Origin: an uncultured Candidatus Entotheonella sp.
GTDB taxonomy: Bacteria > Tectomicrobia > Entotheonellia > Entotheonellales > Entotheonellaceae
DNA: 64,000 nt
Direction: 5' to 3'
NCBI GenBank assembly: GCA_965217185.1
Contig: OZ244252.1
Coordinates: forward strand, 1,280,001 to 1,344,000
In this document: positions 36,473 to 50,440 of the stretch, piece by piece
Numbering within the stretch: the stretch's first letter is position 1
Layout: each line of letters opens with the position of its first letter
Translations under genes and position numbers: made by a program
The notes under the pieces: generated by a model
What the model was told of the DNA's origin: nothing
The model's database searches: none
The model's input: the letters and a program-made list of their open reading frames with translations, nothing else

Positions 36473-39400
36473 TTACCACGGCACGGAAGCCCGCAACGCC
36501 AGGTCGTGCGCCGCCGCCTTGCCGTCGCGCTGGCGGCGGCTGCCCTCCAGGCTGAGGTTGAAGGACTCCCGCATCTGCAGGCGGGCGCCCAAGTGCCAAG
36601 CGCGGCTGTCGTCTTCCGCCAGCGCCGCCCGTGCGTACGGCGTCAGCACGCCCCGACCGCCCAGCGCCGACAGGCCGTAGCTCACCTCGGCGTCCAGGCG
36701 ACCGGGCGACGACGCCAGCGCGCCGGCGGCTACCAAGGTCGAGGTGCCGGGCTGCGACCACAGGCGCGCCACGCCGCTCGATGCCGCACCCCAGGCCGGC
36801 ATCAGGGCCAGCGACGGCCCGAGCCCCGAAGCGTCCGGCGACAGGCGCACGGCGCCACTGGCGCCCCATTCCTCGTAGGCGCTTGCCTCGTGCGCCAGCA
36901 GCGCCCGCACCTGCCCCTCGATAGTCAGCACGCCCGCCGTGTAGCGCATCCCGGCGCCCACCTCGACGCCCGTGCCCGTCTCCGCGTCGCCGCCGTCGCG
37001 GCGCAGGCCGATCTGCAGTGTCGGGGTCAGCGTCGCGCCCGCAGATACCGTGAAGGGGCGCGCGCCCTCCAGGATGAGCCGCAGGCGGCTGGCCCGCCCC
37101 ACCGCGCCCGCCAGCCCCACCGCAGCGTCGCTCTCGCTGCGCACCCACAGGGCGTCGAACTTGACGGACAGGGCCAGCCCACCGGCACCCTCAAGCAGCG
37201 TCCCCGCGATACCGACGGCCCCCAGGCGCATCGCCAGCGCGGTGTCGATGGGCGTCTGGCCGGGCCGGGTCAGGGTGAGGGCGCCGCTGCCGAGGCCGGC
37301 CAGACCCCAGGCCGACAGCCGATCACTGAGCCGCAGCCGCGCGTAGGGGTACACGCCGGTCAGGGCGCTCTTGATCGTGCCGCGGTCGCTGCCCATCAGG
37401 GCATAGGCGCCGTCGGCCTCGCTGTGGGCCAGCACCAGCCCGGCGAGCAGACGCTGCCACGCGGCGTCGAAACCCAGGAAGCCGGTGCTCACGTCGCCGT
37501 CCAGGGTCACGTCGTCCACCGCGCCCCGGAAGCCGCCGGTGCTGACGCGCCCCCAGGCGGCGAGCGCCGGGCCGCCGCTCGCCGGGGGCCCGGAGACGAG
37601 GTGGAACGAACTGCCGAGCAGCAGGTCGCGCTCGGTGACGGCACGTCCCGTGCCCGTGCCCAACAGGCGGGCCTCGGGCACCCCCGGCCCCGCTTCCGCC
37701 GCCATCCCCGAGGCCGGCCAATCCTGAAATGTCGGCGATGGCAGCGCGTCATGGGGCGCGGCGCCGCCGAGGCGCACCCCGCCGACGGTGAGGTGCGGGC
37801 CGCCGTCGAGCCGCTCGCCTACCGCCTCCAGTACCTGGTTGCCGACGGTGCGCCCAAAACGCGCCAGCCACGCCTTGGGCATCGGGTCCGAGTTCTCGAT
37901 CGTCCCCGTCGCCGTCGCGTCGGCGATGCGCGCCCCCGACGCCTTCGAGAGCCGCAGCGTCAGCGTCTCCTCGCCCTCGTCGATCGCGTCGTCCAACACC
38001 GGCACAGCGACCGTCTTCGCCGTCTCGCCCGCCGCGAACGTCAGCGTGCCCGACGTCGCCGTGTAGTCCGTCCCCGCCGTCGCGCTGCCGTCCGCGCTCG
38101 CGTAGCCGACCGTCACCGGCCCCGACGCCGCCCGGTCCAGCGTCACCGCGAACGCCAACTCCGCACCCGGCGCCTCGCGCACCCGTGCGTCCGCCACCGA
38201 CAGCGCCGCCGGTCCCCGCACCAGCGCCGCGATGCCGTCCGCCAGTGCCCGCCCGTCCGCCGTGCACAGCGCGCCCGGCTCGCCGCACGCGCGGCCTGCC
38301 GCGAGCGCGATCGTCACGTCGCCGTACGAGTCCGGCGCCACCGTGACCTCCCAGAGGTCACGGCGTCCATCCACCCGCCTGGCCGCCGTCACTCGCCCGC
38401 CCGTCACCGACACGCTCTCGTCCCGGAACGTGCGGTAGCTGATCCGAACCGCCTCGCTGAACGCGATCCGCACCGTGAACGCGCTCGCCCCGTCATGTTC
38501 GGACGGCGCTTCCGCGAAGCGCGCCGTCAGACCCGCCGCCGGCTTCGGTCCCGCACCTGGCCCGGTCACCGTCGCCGTCACTCCCTCCGACAGCGTCCGT
38601 CCATCCGGCGTGCACACCGCCCCCGTCGCCGCGCAATCGTCCGGCGCAGCCAAGGCGATGGTCACGTTCCCGCGCCCGTCCGGCTCGACCGCGATCTCCC
38701 AGCGGCGCTCGCCGCTGGCCACGCTACGCAGCTGCGGCAAGGCCCGCCGCAACTGCGTCACCCGGCCCCCGCGCACCTCCAGCTCGTCGCGCAGGCTCTG
38801 CGCGCCGAGCGCCACCGCCTCGCTGAATCGCAGCTCGAAGGTGAACGCGCTCCTCCCGTCGTGTCCCTTCGGCACCCCCGCGAAGCGCACCTGCAGCGAA
38901 TTCTTCGACTCCGACGCCGTCTCGGCCACCGGCCCTGGAATCCGACGCGCCGCTGCCGGCACCGCCTGCAGCACCACGCCGTTCGTCGTGCAGATGCCAT
39001 CGCCGTCGGCGTCACCATCGCCGTCGGCGTCACCGTCGCACGCCTTGTGTGCGATCAGCCGGAACTCGATGTCATCGTCGCCCGCCGGCTGCATCACGAA
39101 CACCCACGCATGCTCCGGCCCGTCCTCCTCCTCGGGCGCTTCCATCACGTTCACCACCGTCCCGCCCGTCACCGACACCGAGGGCGTGTCCGTGCCGATC
39201 GCCGCCACCGCCTCGCTGAACGCCACCACCACCTGCGGCCGGTCCTCCGGCCCCGTGTGCCGCAGCGACGCGTACTTGCTCTGCGCAAACGTGGCCTTCA
39301 CCCCATCGTCGCTGACGATCGTCACCGTCACGACCGCGTTCGCGCCCGCCGTCACCCCCGCCGGCAGCGTGCCCAGGCCGAGCTTGACGGTCTCGTCCTC

Positions 39401-42400
39401 CTCGACCGCGTCGTCGTCCACGACTTCGATCTGGATGATGCGCCGGGTCTCTCCCGCACCGAAGGTCACGCTCGGGTTCGCCTCGTCCAGGGGGGTCTCC
39501 GTGTACGTGTGGCCTTGGGCGGTGTGGTAAGCGTCCCAGCCGATCGTCGTCGGCGTGATGTCGTCCCCGCTCCCGCCGTTCTCGAAGCTCCACGTCAGCG
39601 GGATGGTCAGCTCGGCAGCGGGCGCCGCGCTCAGCACCAGCGTCATCATCGCTTGACGCACCTGCTCCTCCGCCCCCTCCTTCACCCTGAATGTCTCCTT
39701 GTCGAACGACACCGTCCGTTGCGGCACGTCGTCGTCGCTGATCGTCACCGTCGCCTGGTCGGTCGCCCCGGCGGTGACGCCTGCGGGCAGCGTCCCGAAG
39801 GAGAGCACCACGCTGTCGTCGTCGTCGTCCACATCGTCGCCCGCTGCGGTGATCGTGAAGGTCTGCTCGGTGTCGTCGCTGGCGAAGGTGACACTGGCGG
39901 GCACCCCGGCGTAGTCCGCAGCCGTCGTGTCGCCCTGGTTCGCCGCCCTCAGCGGTACCTCCACCGTCCGTTCGGGCGCCGCCGACAACGCCACGGTCAC
40001 CGTCACCGTGCTGCCCTCCGCCACCGCGTAGGACGCCTGCGCAAAGCTGACCTCCACCACCGGCACGTCGTCGTCCACGATCGTCACCGTGCTGGTAGCG
40101 GTCGCCCCGGCGGTGACGCCTGCGGGCAGCGGCGTCCCGAAGGAGAGCACCACGCTGTCGTCGTCGTCGTCCACATCGTCGCTCGCTGCGGTGATCGTGA
40201 AGGTCTGCTCGGTGTCGTCGCTGGCGAAGGTGACGCTGGCGGGCACCCCGGCGTAGTCCGCAGCCGTCGTGTCGCCCTGGTTCGCCGTGTTCAGCGGCAC
40301 CTCCACCTGGCGCTCGGGCGCCGCCGACAACGCCACGGTCACCGTCACCGTGCTGCCCTCCGCCACCGTGTAGGACGCCTGCGCAAAGCTGACCTCCACC
40401 ACCGGCACGTCGTCGTCGCTGATCGTCACCGTGCTGGTAGCGGTCGCCCCGGCGGTGACGCCTGCGGGCAGCGTCCCGAAGGAGAGCACACGCTGTCGTC
40501 GTCGTCCACATCGTCGCCCGCTGCGGTGATCGTGAAGGTCTGCTCGGTGTCGTCGCTGGCGAAGGTGACACTGGCGGGCACCCCGGCGTAGTCCGCAGCC
40601 GTCGTGTCGCCCTGGTTCGCCGCCCTCAGCGGTACCTCCACCGTCCGTTCGGGCGCCGCCGACAACGCCACGGTCACCGTCACCGTGCTGCCCTCCGCCA
40701 CCGTGTAGGACGCCTGCGCAAAGCTGACCTCCACCACCGGCACGTCGTCGTCCACGATCGTCACCGTGCTGGTAGCGGTCGCCCCGGCGGTGACGCCTGC
40801 GGGCAGCGGCGTCCCGAAGGAGAGCACCACGCTGTCGTCGTCGTCGTCCACATCGTCGCCCGCTGCGGTGATCGTGAAGGTCTGCTCGGTGTCGTCGCTG
40901 GCGAAGGTGACGCTGGCGGGCACCCCGGCGTAGTCCGCAGCCGTCGTGTCGCCCTGGTTCGCCGCCCTCAGCGGTACCTCCACCGTCCGTTCGGGCGCCG
41001 CCGACAACGCCACGGTCACCGTCACCGTGCTGCCCTCCGCCACCGTGTAGGACGCCTGCGCAAAGCTGACCTCCACCACCGGCACGTCGTCGTCCACGAT
41101 CGTCACCGTGCTGGTAGCGGTCGCCCCGGCGGTGACGCCTGCGGGCAGCGTCCCGAAGGAGAGCACCACGCTCTCGCCGTCGTCATTGTCCGTGTCCTGG
41201 GTCGCTATCAGCGTGAAGGTCTTCGTCGTGTCGTCCGCCCCGAAGGTCACGTCCTCCGGCACCCCCGACCAGTCCTCGCCGCTCTCGCCCTGCACCGTCG
41301 CGCCGCCCGCGCCCTCAGCCGACACCGGCACCGTCACCTCGCGCCCCGGCGCGCCGGAGAGCGACACCGTCACCTCCACCGTGCCGCCCTCGTCAACCGA
41401 GTAGGTCGGCGCCCCGAACGACACCGCCGCCGAGCGCGGCGTCGCACTGTCCTCGTTCGAGGCGGCGCTGGAGTTTGACGACAAGAACGTCCGTACCTGG
41501 AAAGTGTGTTCCTGCCCGCCGACCAGGCCGGTCACCGTGTAGCCGGTCAGGTTCGAACCATCCCCTCCCAGGATTGCGTCGTGTTGCCCGCTGTTCGGAA
41601 TGTTCGTCCAGTTCCCGTAGGACCCGTCGGTCTTGTACCGGTACTGGTGGCCGCTGAACACCAGGTGCGGCGCATGCGCGTCCCAGGACAGCACCACCTC
41701 CCCGACCCCCGCCCCCGGCGAGGCGGCCAGGTTCGCCGGGGGCGGCACTCCGGTATCCGTATCGACCACCGACACCGTGGCCGAAGCCGGGTCGCCCACC
41801 GTGTAGCCGGTGCCCGCCTGCACTTCCACGGTGAGCGCGCCTGCCGCCTCCCTGAGTTCGTCGTTCTCCAGCGTTACCGGCAGCGCCGCCGTCGCCGCGC
41901 CCACCGCGAACATCACCGTACGCTGCGCCGCCGCCCCGTCCGGCAAGAGGTCGCGGTCCGCCTCCTGCGTCACCGCCACCGTCACCGTCAGCGCCGCTGC
42001 CGTCGACCCGGTGCGGCTCAGCGTGAAGCCGGCATCGTCTTCATTCTCATTGACGACATCCTTGTCAAACCTGATCGTCACCACCGGCAGGTCGTCGTTG
42101 GTGATCGTGCCCTGCGCCGTCGCCTCCGAAATCTCCGCGTTCGACGCGTTCGACAACTTGACCGTGAAGGTCTCGTCGGGCTCGTTGGTCGCGTCGTCCG
42201 TGGTCGCCACCGTGAACTTCTTCTCCGTGTCCCCCGCCGTGAACGTCAGCGTGCCGTTTGCTGCCGTGAAGTCCGTGCCCGAGGTCGCCGTGTCGCCAGT
42301 CTCCGCCGACGCCGCCCAGTTCACCGTCACGCTCTGCGCGCTCGCCGGCGACAGCGTCACCGTGAACTCCACGTCATCGCCCTCGGCCGCGGATGCAGCC

Positions 42401-45400
42401 GCGACGCTCAGTTGCGGCAGCGCGGGCGCCGCGTCGTTGTCGAAGATACGGCCCTGCGTCGTCGCCGCCGCCGCCGGCAGCGCCGCATTCCTGGCGCTCG
42501 ACAGCGTTAGCGTGAAGGTCTCTTCGTCCTCCTCGTCGAGCTCGTCGTCGGCCGTCTTCACCGTGACGATCTTCCGCCTGTCGCCGGCCGTGAAGGTCAG
42601 CGTCCCGGAATCCGCCGTGAAGTCGGTTCCCGCCACCGCCGTGTCGTCCGCCTCGTCGAGCGCCGCGGCCGCCCAGGCCACCGTCACCTGCCTGCCGCTC
42701 GCCCGCGACAGCTCCACCGTGAACTCCACGTCATCGCCCTCGGTCGCCGAGGCATCCGCCACGCTCAGCACCGGCTCCACGTCGTCGTCGTCAATCGTGC
42801 CCGTCGCCGTCGTCTCCACCGCCGGCAGCGTCGCGTTCGTCGGGCTCGACAGCCTCAGCGTGAAGGTCTCGTCGTCCTCGTCGAGATCGTCGTGGGCCGT
42901 CTTTACCGGGACGGTCTTTTGTGTGTCGCCGGCCGCGAAGGTCAGCGTCCCCGAATCCGCCGTGAAGTCGTCCACTCCGGCCGAGTCGCCCGCCTCGTCG
43001 AGCGCGGCGGCCGCCCAGGCCACCGTCACTGGCTTGCCGCTTGCCGCCGACAGCGTCACCTTGAACTTCACGTCGCTGCCCTCGGTGGCCGAGGCAGTCT
43101 CCACGCTTAGCACCGGCGCCTCGTCGTCGATCGTGCCCGTCGCCGTCGGGTCCGTCTCCAGCGTCGCGTTCCTGGCGCTCGACAGCGTCAGCGTGAACGT
43201 CTCGCGGTACTCGTTGAGCGTGTCCTCCACGGTGTCCACCGTGACCCTCTTCTCTGTCTCGTTGGGCGCGAAGGTCAGCGTTGTCGCCGCCACCACCGTG
43301 AAGTCCGTGCCCGCCTCGGCGGTGTCGTCGCTCGCAACCGACGTCTCCCAGTCCACTGTCACCGCCCGCACGCTCGCCGCCGTCAGCTCCACCGTGAACT
43401 CCATGTCATTGCCCTCGGTCGCGGTTGCACCCTCGACCCTCAGCATCGGTGAGCCGTCGTTGTCGTAAATCGTGCCTGCCGCTGTCCGGTCCGCCGCCAG
43501 CGTTGCGTTGGACGGGTTCAACAGCGTCAGCGTGAAGGTCTCGTCGTCCTCGTCGGTGGTGTCATCCGTCGGTACGACGCTGACCGTCCCCGTCGTGTCG
43601 CCCACGTCGATGGTCAGCGTCCCCGAGTCCGCCGTGAAATCGGCAATCTCCGCCGTATTGCCCTCCAGCGACACCGCCCAGTCCACCGTCACCTGCCTGC
43701 CGCTCGCCGCCGACAGCGTCACCTCGAACGCCACCGCCTCGCCCTCGTCCGCCGAGGCCGCCGTCACCACGCTCAGCGTCGGCTCCGCGTCGTCGTCTTC
43801 GATCCTGCCCGTCGCCGTGCGGTCGGTCGCCAGCGTTGCGTTGGTCGGGTTCGACAGCGTCAGCGTGAAGGTCTCGTCGTCCTCGTCGAGGGTGTCATCC
43901 GTCGTTGCGACGCGGACCGTCCCCGTCGTCTTGCCCGCGTCGATGATCAGCCTCCCCGAGTCCTCCGCCTTGAAGTCGGTTCCCGCCACCGCCGTGTCGT
44001 CCGCCTCGTCGAGCGCCGCGGCCGCCCAGTCCACCGTCACTGGCTTGCCGCTCGCTGCCGACAGCCTCACCGTGAACGCCACCGCCTTGCCCTCGGTCGC
44101 CGAGGCAGCCGCCACGCGCACCTCGGGCAAGGTGGCGCCGTCGTCGATGATCGTGCCCGTCGCGGTGCGGTCTCTCGCCAGCGCGGCGTTCATCGCGTTC
44201 CACAGTGTCAGCGTGAACGTCTCGTCGTCCTCGTCGGTGCTGTCCTCCGTCGTCGCCACCAGGACCCTCTTCTCTATCTCGTCGGGCGCGAAGGTCAGCG
44301 TTGTCGCCACCGCCGTGAAGTCCGTGCCCGCCTCGGCGGTGTCGTCGCGCTCCACCGAGGTCGCCACGTCCACCGTCACCGCCCGCTCGCTCTTCGCCGA
44401 CAGGCTCACCGTGAACTCCACGTCCTTGCCCTCGGGCGCCGAGGCATCCTCGACGCGGACCTCGGGCAAGGTGGCGTCGTCGTCGTCGTTGATCGTGCCC
44501 GTGCGGCTCAGCATCGTCCCGCCACCCTGGAGGGTGGCATTCACCGGGTTCGACAGCGTCAGCGTGAAGGTCTCGTTGTCCTCCTCGAGGGTGTCGTCGG
44601 CCGTCAACACCGTGACGATCTTCTGCGTCTGGCCGGCCGTGAAGGTCAGCCTTGTCATCACCGCCGTGAAGTCCGTGCCCGCCTCGGCGGTGTCGTCGCT
44701 CGCCACCGAGGTCGCCACGTCCACCGTCACCGTCCTGTTGCTTGCCGCCGACAGCGTCACCGCGAAGGCCATCTCGTGGCCCTCGCTCGCCGAGGCAGCC
44801 GCGACCCTCAGCGTCGGTGGGTCGTCGTCGTCCCTGAGCGTCATCGTCCGGCTCGCGTTTCCAGCCAGCGTGGCGTTGGTCGGGTTCGACAGCGTCAGCG
44901 TGAAGGTCTCCTCGTCGTCCTCGTCCAGGGTGTCGTCGATGACGCTCTCTACGATCAATTCCGCAGTGTTGTGCCCCGGATTGAACGTCACCGTGCCGGT
45001 CGGCGGGAAGTCGTCAAAGTCGTCCGCTTGCGCGGTGTCGCCGCTCTCCAGCGAGACCGCCCAGTCCGCCGTCACCGTCTTGCTGCTCGCCGCCGACAGC
45101 CTCACCGTGAACTCCACCGGATCGCCCTCCGGCGCCGAGGCATCCTTGACGCGCACCGACGGTTCCCCGTCGTTGTCGAGGATCGTGCCCGTCGCGGTTG
45201 GGTCCGCCGGCAGCGTGGCGGCGGTGGCGTTCGACAGCCGCAGCGTGAAGGTCTCGTCCGCCTCGTCGGTCGCGTCGTCCACCGTCGCCACCGTGACCGT
45301 CTTCGACGTCTCGCCGGCCGGGAAGGTCAGCGTCTCCGACACCGCCGTGAAGTCGTCCGAACTCGCCGTGTCGCCGCTCGCCACCGACACCGAGGTCGCC

Positions 45401-48400
45401 ACGTGCACCGTCACCGCCAGCGCGCTCGCCGCCGACAGCCTCACCGTGAACGCCACGTCCTCGCCCTCCTCCGCCGAGGCAGCCGCCGCCTCGAAGCGCA
45501 CCTCGAGCAAGGCGGCGTTGACCTGGTGGGCGGGCGCGTCGTCCATCGCGGCGTGCTCCAGATCATCTTGCTCCGCCTCATGCATCACGGCGTCGTGGAT
45601 CGTCGCACCGTTCAACTCGATGCTGTCGGCGGCGTAGCTGATGCCGTCGGCGTCCAGGTCCGCCGCCTGCACCGTATAGGAGAAGCTCAGGGTGTCGGTG
45701 CCCGTACCCGACACATAGCCTGCCCGCCGGATCTCGTCGCCTACCTTGATGACGAAGGACGGCAGCGACTCGCCGGCAACCGTCACCGGCTCGTGGAAGC
45801 GGACGCCAAGCGTGATCGTCTCGCCGGTGGCATAGCTGTAGCCGAGCGAGTCGGCCGGAGTGGACGTAATGTCGATGCCCGTGACGCTCGGCTTCTTCGT
45901 ATCCACCCTGCGGGTGAATTCGGCGGTCGCGTTCGGGTTGCCGGCCTCGTCGTCGACCGCCCCCGCCCGGATGGTAAACGTCAGAACGCCTTCGTAGTCG
46001 TCCTTCGGATGCACGACCGCCTGAAACCGTTTGCTGGAGGTCCCCAACGGGTACGAGCGTACCAGACCGCCATTCGTGATTGTGATGTCCGAGCCCGCGT
46101 GCCATTGCAAGCGTTCATCATCTATCGTTTCATGTTGGCCGGGGTCCTCCAGGACCGCCTCGCTGAAGGTGATCGTCACCGTGAAGTCGCCGCTCACCAC
46201 CTCGTCCACGCCGACGCTTACCGCGAGATCGATTGCCGGACCCTCGACATCGACGCCGAAGGTGCGCTGCGCCTGGCGGTTGCCCTCCTCGATCACGTTG
46301 GCGGGAATCGCCACCGTCACCTCGCCCGCCCCCTCGTCCACCGAGATGGTGGTGCGGTACCAGGTGAAGCTCCCGCCTCTGAGCTCAGCCTCGAACGCCG
46401 TGACCTCGCCGTTGTACACGACGACGTCGTCTTCCGTGAACCCGTCCGGATCCGGCGTCTGCTTGAAATACAGATACATCTCGAACTCGGCTTTGACGTT
46501 GGTGACTGTAAGAGCCAAGCCGATCTCGCGGATGTGCTGGAGGACCGGCAACGGCGTGTCCGTGTTGACGCCGGTGACCGTCACCGTGTATTCCCGGCTG
46601 GCGCTCCCGTCCGCCGAGGTCACCTCTGCGGTGATGTCCTTGCTGGCGCCGGCTGTGAGGTCCAGGACCACCTGATGGCCGGGCGCGCTGCCGTCGGCGT
46701 CGTCCGGCTTGATCTCGACGGTGGAAGCCGGCGCCCGCGCCGCGGCGCTGACCGTGGTGCTCGCCACCCCGGTGGACACCGCGGCGCTGTAGCTCAGGGT
46801 CGCCGCGTCGAAGGGCGGGGTGAGCTCGATACCGCTCAAGGCCAGCGACGACAGCGCCGCGTCGGCCGGGTCGTCGTCGCTGATGGTGACCGTCGAGCGG
46901 CAGCCCGCCGCCGGGCAGACGGTGCCGTCGGGCTGCCGCAGCACCACCCCGGACGGTTGCCCGGAGACGGTTTCCAGGGCCACCTGCAGGGTCTCGTCGG
47001 GTTCGTCAACGGTGTCATCCGTGAGCACCAGGGTTATCTCCCGGCGGGCCGTGAAAAGCGCTCCATCGGCGCTGAAATCGGAGGGCTGCCATGCGATCGC
47101 CGCCGAAAGGGCACGGAAGTCGATACCGTTGCCCTGTGCCTGCCCGTCAATCTCCTCGGTGCGCAAGAACACGGAAATGGACCGATTGGGCGGCGGCACG
47201 CCGGGCTCGGTACGGGCGACGAGGACGACCGCAGCGCCGGTGGCGTTCTCGGCAAAGGTGTAGGCCGCCTGCTCGAGGCGCACCGTCACCGCCGGGTCGG
47301 CCACCACCATCTGCACGCTCGCCGCGTTGGGCGTCCCCGGCACGTAGCCCGGCCCGGGCGCCACCGCGGCGGTGAGCGTGCCGCCCTGCGTCAGCGCCGT
47401 GTTGAACAGGCGGCGTGCCAGCCGCAACTCGGCGCTGGTGTTGCCGGTCGCGAAGTGCACACGCCGCGCGAGCGTGTCGGCGGAGAGGAACGGCCGCTGC
47501 TGCGTCAGCCCTACCGCCACCGACAGCGGCGCCGCCGTGCTGCCGCTGCGCCTCAGCGTGAAGACCGCGTCGTCGAGCCCGGCGGTATACGACGCCCGTT
47601 CGGCGGCAATGCTGACGTGTGCCAGTGCCCCCGCCTGCGGCACCCGCGCGCTCGGGGCGCTCGCCAGCGTGTTGGCGAAGCCGCCGCCGTCCGTGTAGGT
47701 CGCCTGCGCCGTCAGCGTCGCCTCCACGTCGTGCCCCGACACCGTGTAAGTCGCCGAGGTCGCCCCGGCAATCGCCGTCTCGATGCTGCCGGCCCGCCTG
47801 CGGTACCACTGCCAGGACAGCGGCAGCGGGTCGGACACCCCGTCGGGGTCGGCGATGCCGACGACCGATGCCGTCAGGGCGACGCCGACTGCCAACGGGG
47901 TGTCGGCGATCGTCACCGTCCCCGCGCTCGGCGGGTCGTTCGCGTTGCGCACCCGCACCACCAGCGCCAACGTCGTGTCCGCCGTGCCGTTCGAGGCCTT
48001 CACCTTCACCACGTACTCGTTGTTCGCCGCGCCGTTCGCCGGGTTGGTGCTCGCCTTGTCCCTGGGCGCCTCGTAGTCCGGCGCCGAGAAGAAACTCAGC
48101 ACCCCCGCCCGGCTCAGCGCGAAGCGCGCCGCGTCCGCCCCGCCCCCCTTGCTCCACGTGATCGTGCCGCCGCCAGCGTCGCTCGCCTGCAGCGTCGCCA
48201 CCGCAGTGGTGTTCTCCGCTACCTCCAGCGGCGTGGCCGTGGTGATTACCGGCTCGGCGGCGCGCGGGTCGATGACGGTGATCGTCATGCCGTCCGCGCG
48301 CGGCGCTTTGCTGCTTGCCAGCGGTCCGAAGGTGACGGTGGTGCCGACAGGCGTGCCGGCGGCAATGGCCAGGGTGGCCGTGGCGGTGTGCGGACTGGCG

Positions 48401-50440
48401 TCAGCGAGCTGGTAGTAGATCGTGTCGTATCCCTGGTTCTCGACGTTGCTCCCGAACGCGGTGTCTCCGGTGCCACCGCTGAACGTTGCACAGAAGTGCT
48501 GCGGAGCGGCGCACGACTCGGAACCAGTGGCCAGTGTGTTCGGAGTGAAGGAGCTGGAGTCGTGGGGAACATAGAAGCCGACGTGCTCGTCCTGCGGCTT
48601 GTCTCCCGAGGCCAGGGTGAGGGTATAGGTGTAGGTGTCGCCGGCCGCCGGCATCGTCTCGCCCGTCAGGGTCCAGGTGGCGCCGGCCGCCGTCGGCATC
48701 GCCTCGTCGGGCGCGTCGTCGTCGGTGATGGTGACCGTCGACCGGCAGCCCGACCCCGGGCAGGAGCCCGGAGGCGGCTTCCAGGGTCAGGTGCAGCTCC
48801 TCGGGGGGCTCGGGCTCGTCGATGGTGTCATCGGTGAGCACCAGGGTTATCTCCCGGCGGGCGCTGAAGACCACTCCATCGGCGCTGAAGTCGGAGGGCT
48901 GCCATGTGATCGACGCCGAAAGGGCATGGAAGTCGACACCGTTGCCCTGTGCCTGCCCGTCAATCTCCTCGGTGCGCAGGGAAACGCCGCTGATCGGTCG
49001 CGTGGGCAGCGGCACGCCGGGCTCGGTGCGGGCGATGACGGCGACCGCAGTGTCGGCGCCGGTGGCGTTCTCGTCAAAGGTGTAGGTTTGCCGCTCGATG
49101 CGCACCGTGACGGCCGGGTTGGCCACCACCATCTGCACGCTCGCCGCGTTGGGCGTGCCCCGCACGTAGCCCGGCCCGGGCGCCACCGTGGCGGTGAGCG
49201 TGCCGCCCTGCGTCAGCGTGTGGTCCGCGAACAGGTCGCCTGCCAGCCGCAGCTCGGCGGTGGGCGCGCCTGGCTCGAAGCGCACGGTGGTGGGTGCCAG
49301 GTTGGCGCTGGAAAGCAGCGCCTGGTCCTGGGTCAGCACCACCGCCACCTCCAGGGCCGCGTCCGCGATGCCCCAGCGCCGCAGCGTGAAAACCACGTCG
49401 TCGAGCCCGGCGGTATACGACGCCCGAGCGACGGCGATGGTGACGTGCGCCGCCTCGGCGTTGTCGAAGATCGTGCCCGTGGCGGTCGGGTCCGCCGGCA
49501 GCGTGGCGTTCGTGGCGTTCAACAGCCTCAGCGTGAAGGTCTCGTCCGCCTCGACGATGGTGTCCTCCGTCGTCTGCACCGTGACGGTCTTCTGCGTCTC
49601 GCCGGCCTTGAATATCAGCGGCGTCGGCACCGCCGTGAAGTCGCTCGAACTCGCCGTGTCGCCAGGCTCCACCGAGGTCGCTATGTCCACCGTCGTCGCC
49701 AGCGTGCCTGCCGCCGACAGCGTCACCTCGAACTCCACCCTGTCGCCCTCGGTCGCCGAGGCATGCGCGACGTGCAACGCGGGCAACGTCCGCAGCCGCA
49801 CCGTGACCTTGGGCTCGGACGACCAGTCCAGGCCGCTGTCGGACCATCGATAGGATTCGGTAAAGAAGGAATAGGCGCTACTGCCGAACACGAAGAGGTC
49901 GCTTCCGACGTGCAACACCAGGCTGTCGCGGTGGCCGTCGTCAAGGGGATTGCTGGTCGTCAAGCTGAAGGTCAGGGTCCCTTTGGGGTTGCCGCTGGCT
50001 TCGACATAGACGCCGTCGATCGTGTAGCGGGTCGTGCCGACCGTGAACTCCCTGGGTGCCAGGCCGCCCGTGCCATGGTTGACGCCATAGGCCAAGCCCC
50101 ATCCGAGGTCAATCTCCGCGACCGTGACGATCCCGCACCAGATGTCGTCCGGGCTCAGCGTGCAGCTCCTCTCCCCGCCCCCCGGGGAATCCTGCCTGAG
50201 ATTGCCCACCAGATCGGCGGCCTGGGTCGCGCCCGGCAGGACAAGGGCGGCGAGCAGGGCGAGGCACGCCGCGGCGGCCAGTGCCTGCCCGGAACGGAGG
50301 AGCGCGCGCCGCGCGCCGCACAGGATCGCGAGTGCCGCCGGTCGGCCGGCGGCGGATGCAGTCTGGGAGGAGGGGTGGCCGCCGCGGCGGTCAGGCGGCG
50401 ATGGCGGGGTTCCGTGCTCCCGCGGCTCAGGGGCAGTCAT
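36473..50440 (-). pseudogene. Giant (~4,650-aa reconstructed) Calx-beta/cadherin/FN3/Ig repeat surface protein with autotransporter-like C-terminal barrel; split by two frameshifts
   Basis: ORFs 48401-50440, 40426-48699 and 36473-40489 join in frame if 38 nt (~48763) and 4 nt (~40489) are restored from paralogous repeats; many DDxxDExDETFTLTL Calx-beta motifs; AWLARFGRTV linker; ends in Trp. Confidence 0.8.
39723..41095 (-). repeat. Four near-identical ~340-bp tandem domain repeats
   Basis: GGCACGTCGTCGTC anchors at 39723, 40062, 40404, 40739 and 41081 (spacings 339, 342, 335, 342). Confidence 0.9.

Noticed and set aside
39723..41095. Regular repeats considered as a CRISPR array
   Set aside because: They are ~340-bp coding domain repeats with no unique spacers and no cas genes
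36506..48837. Very long plus-strand ORFs (1361, 1353, 721 and 552 aa)
   Set aside because: Antisense products of the GC-rich repetitive giant gene, with Arg-rich or Ser/Val/Ala-rich non-protein-like composition
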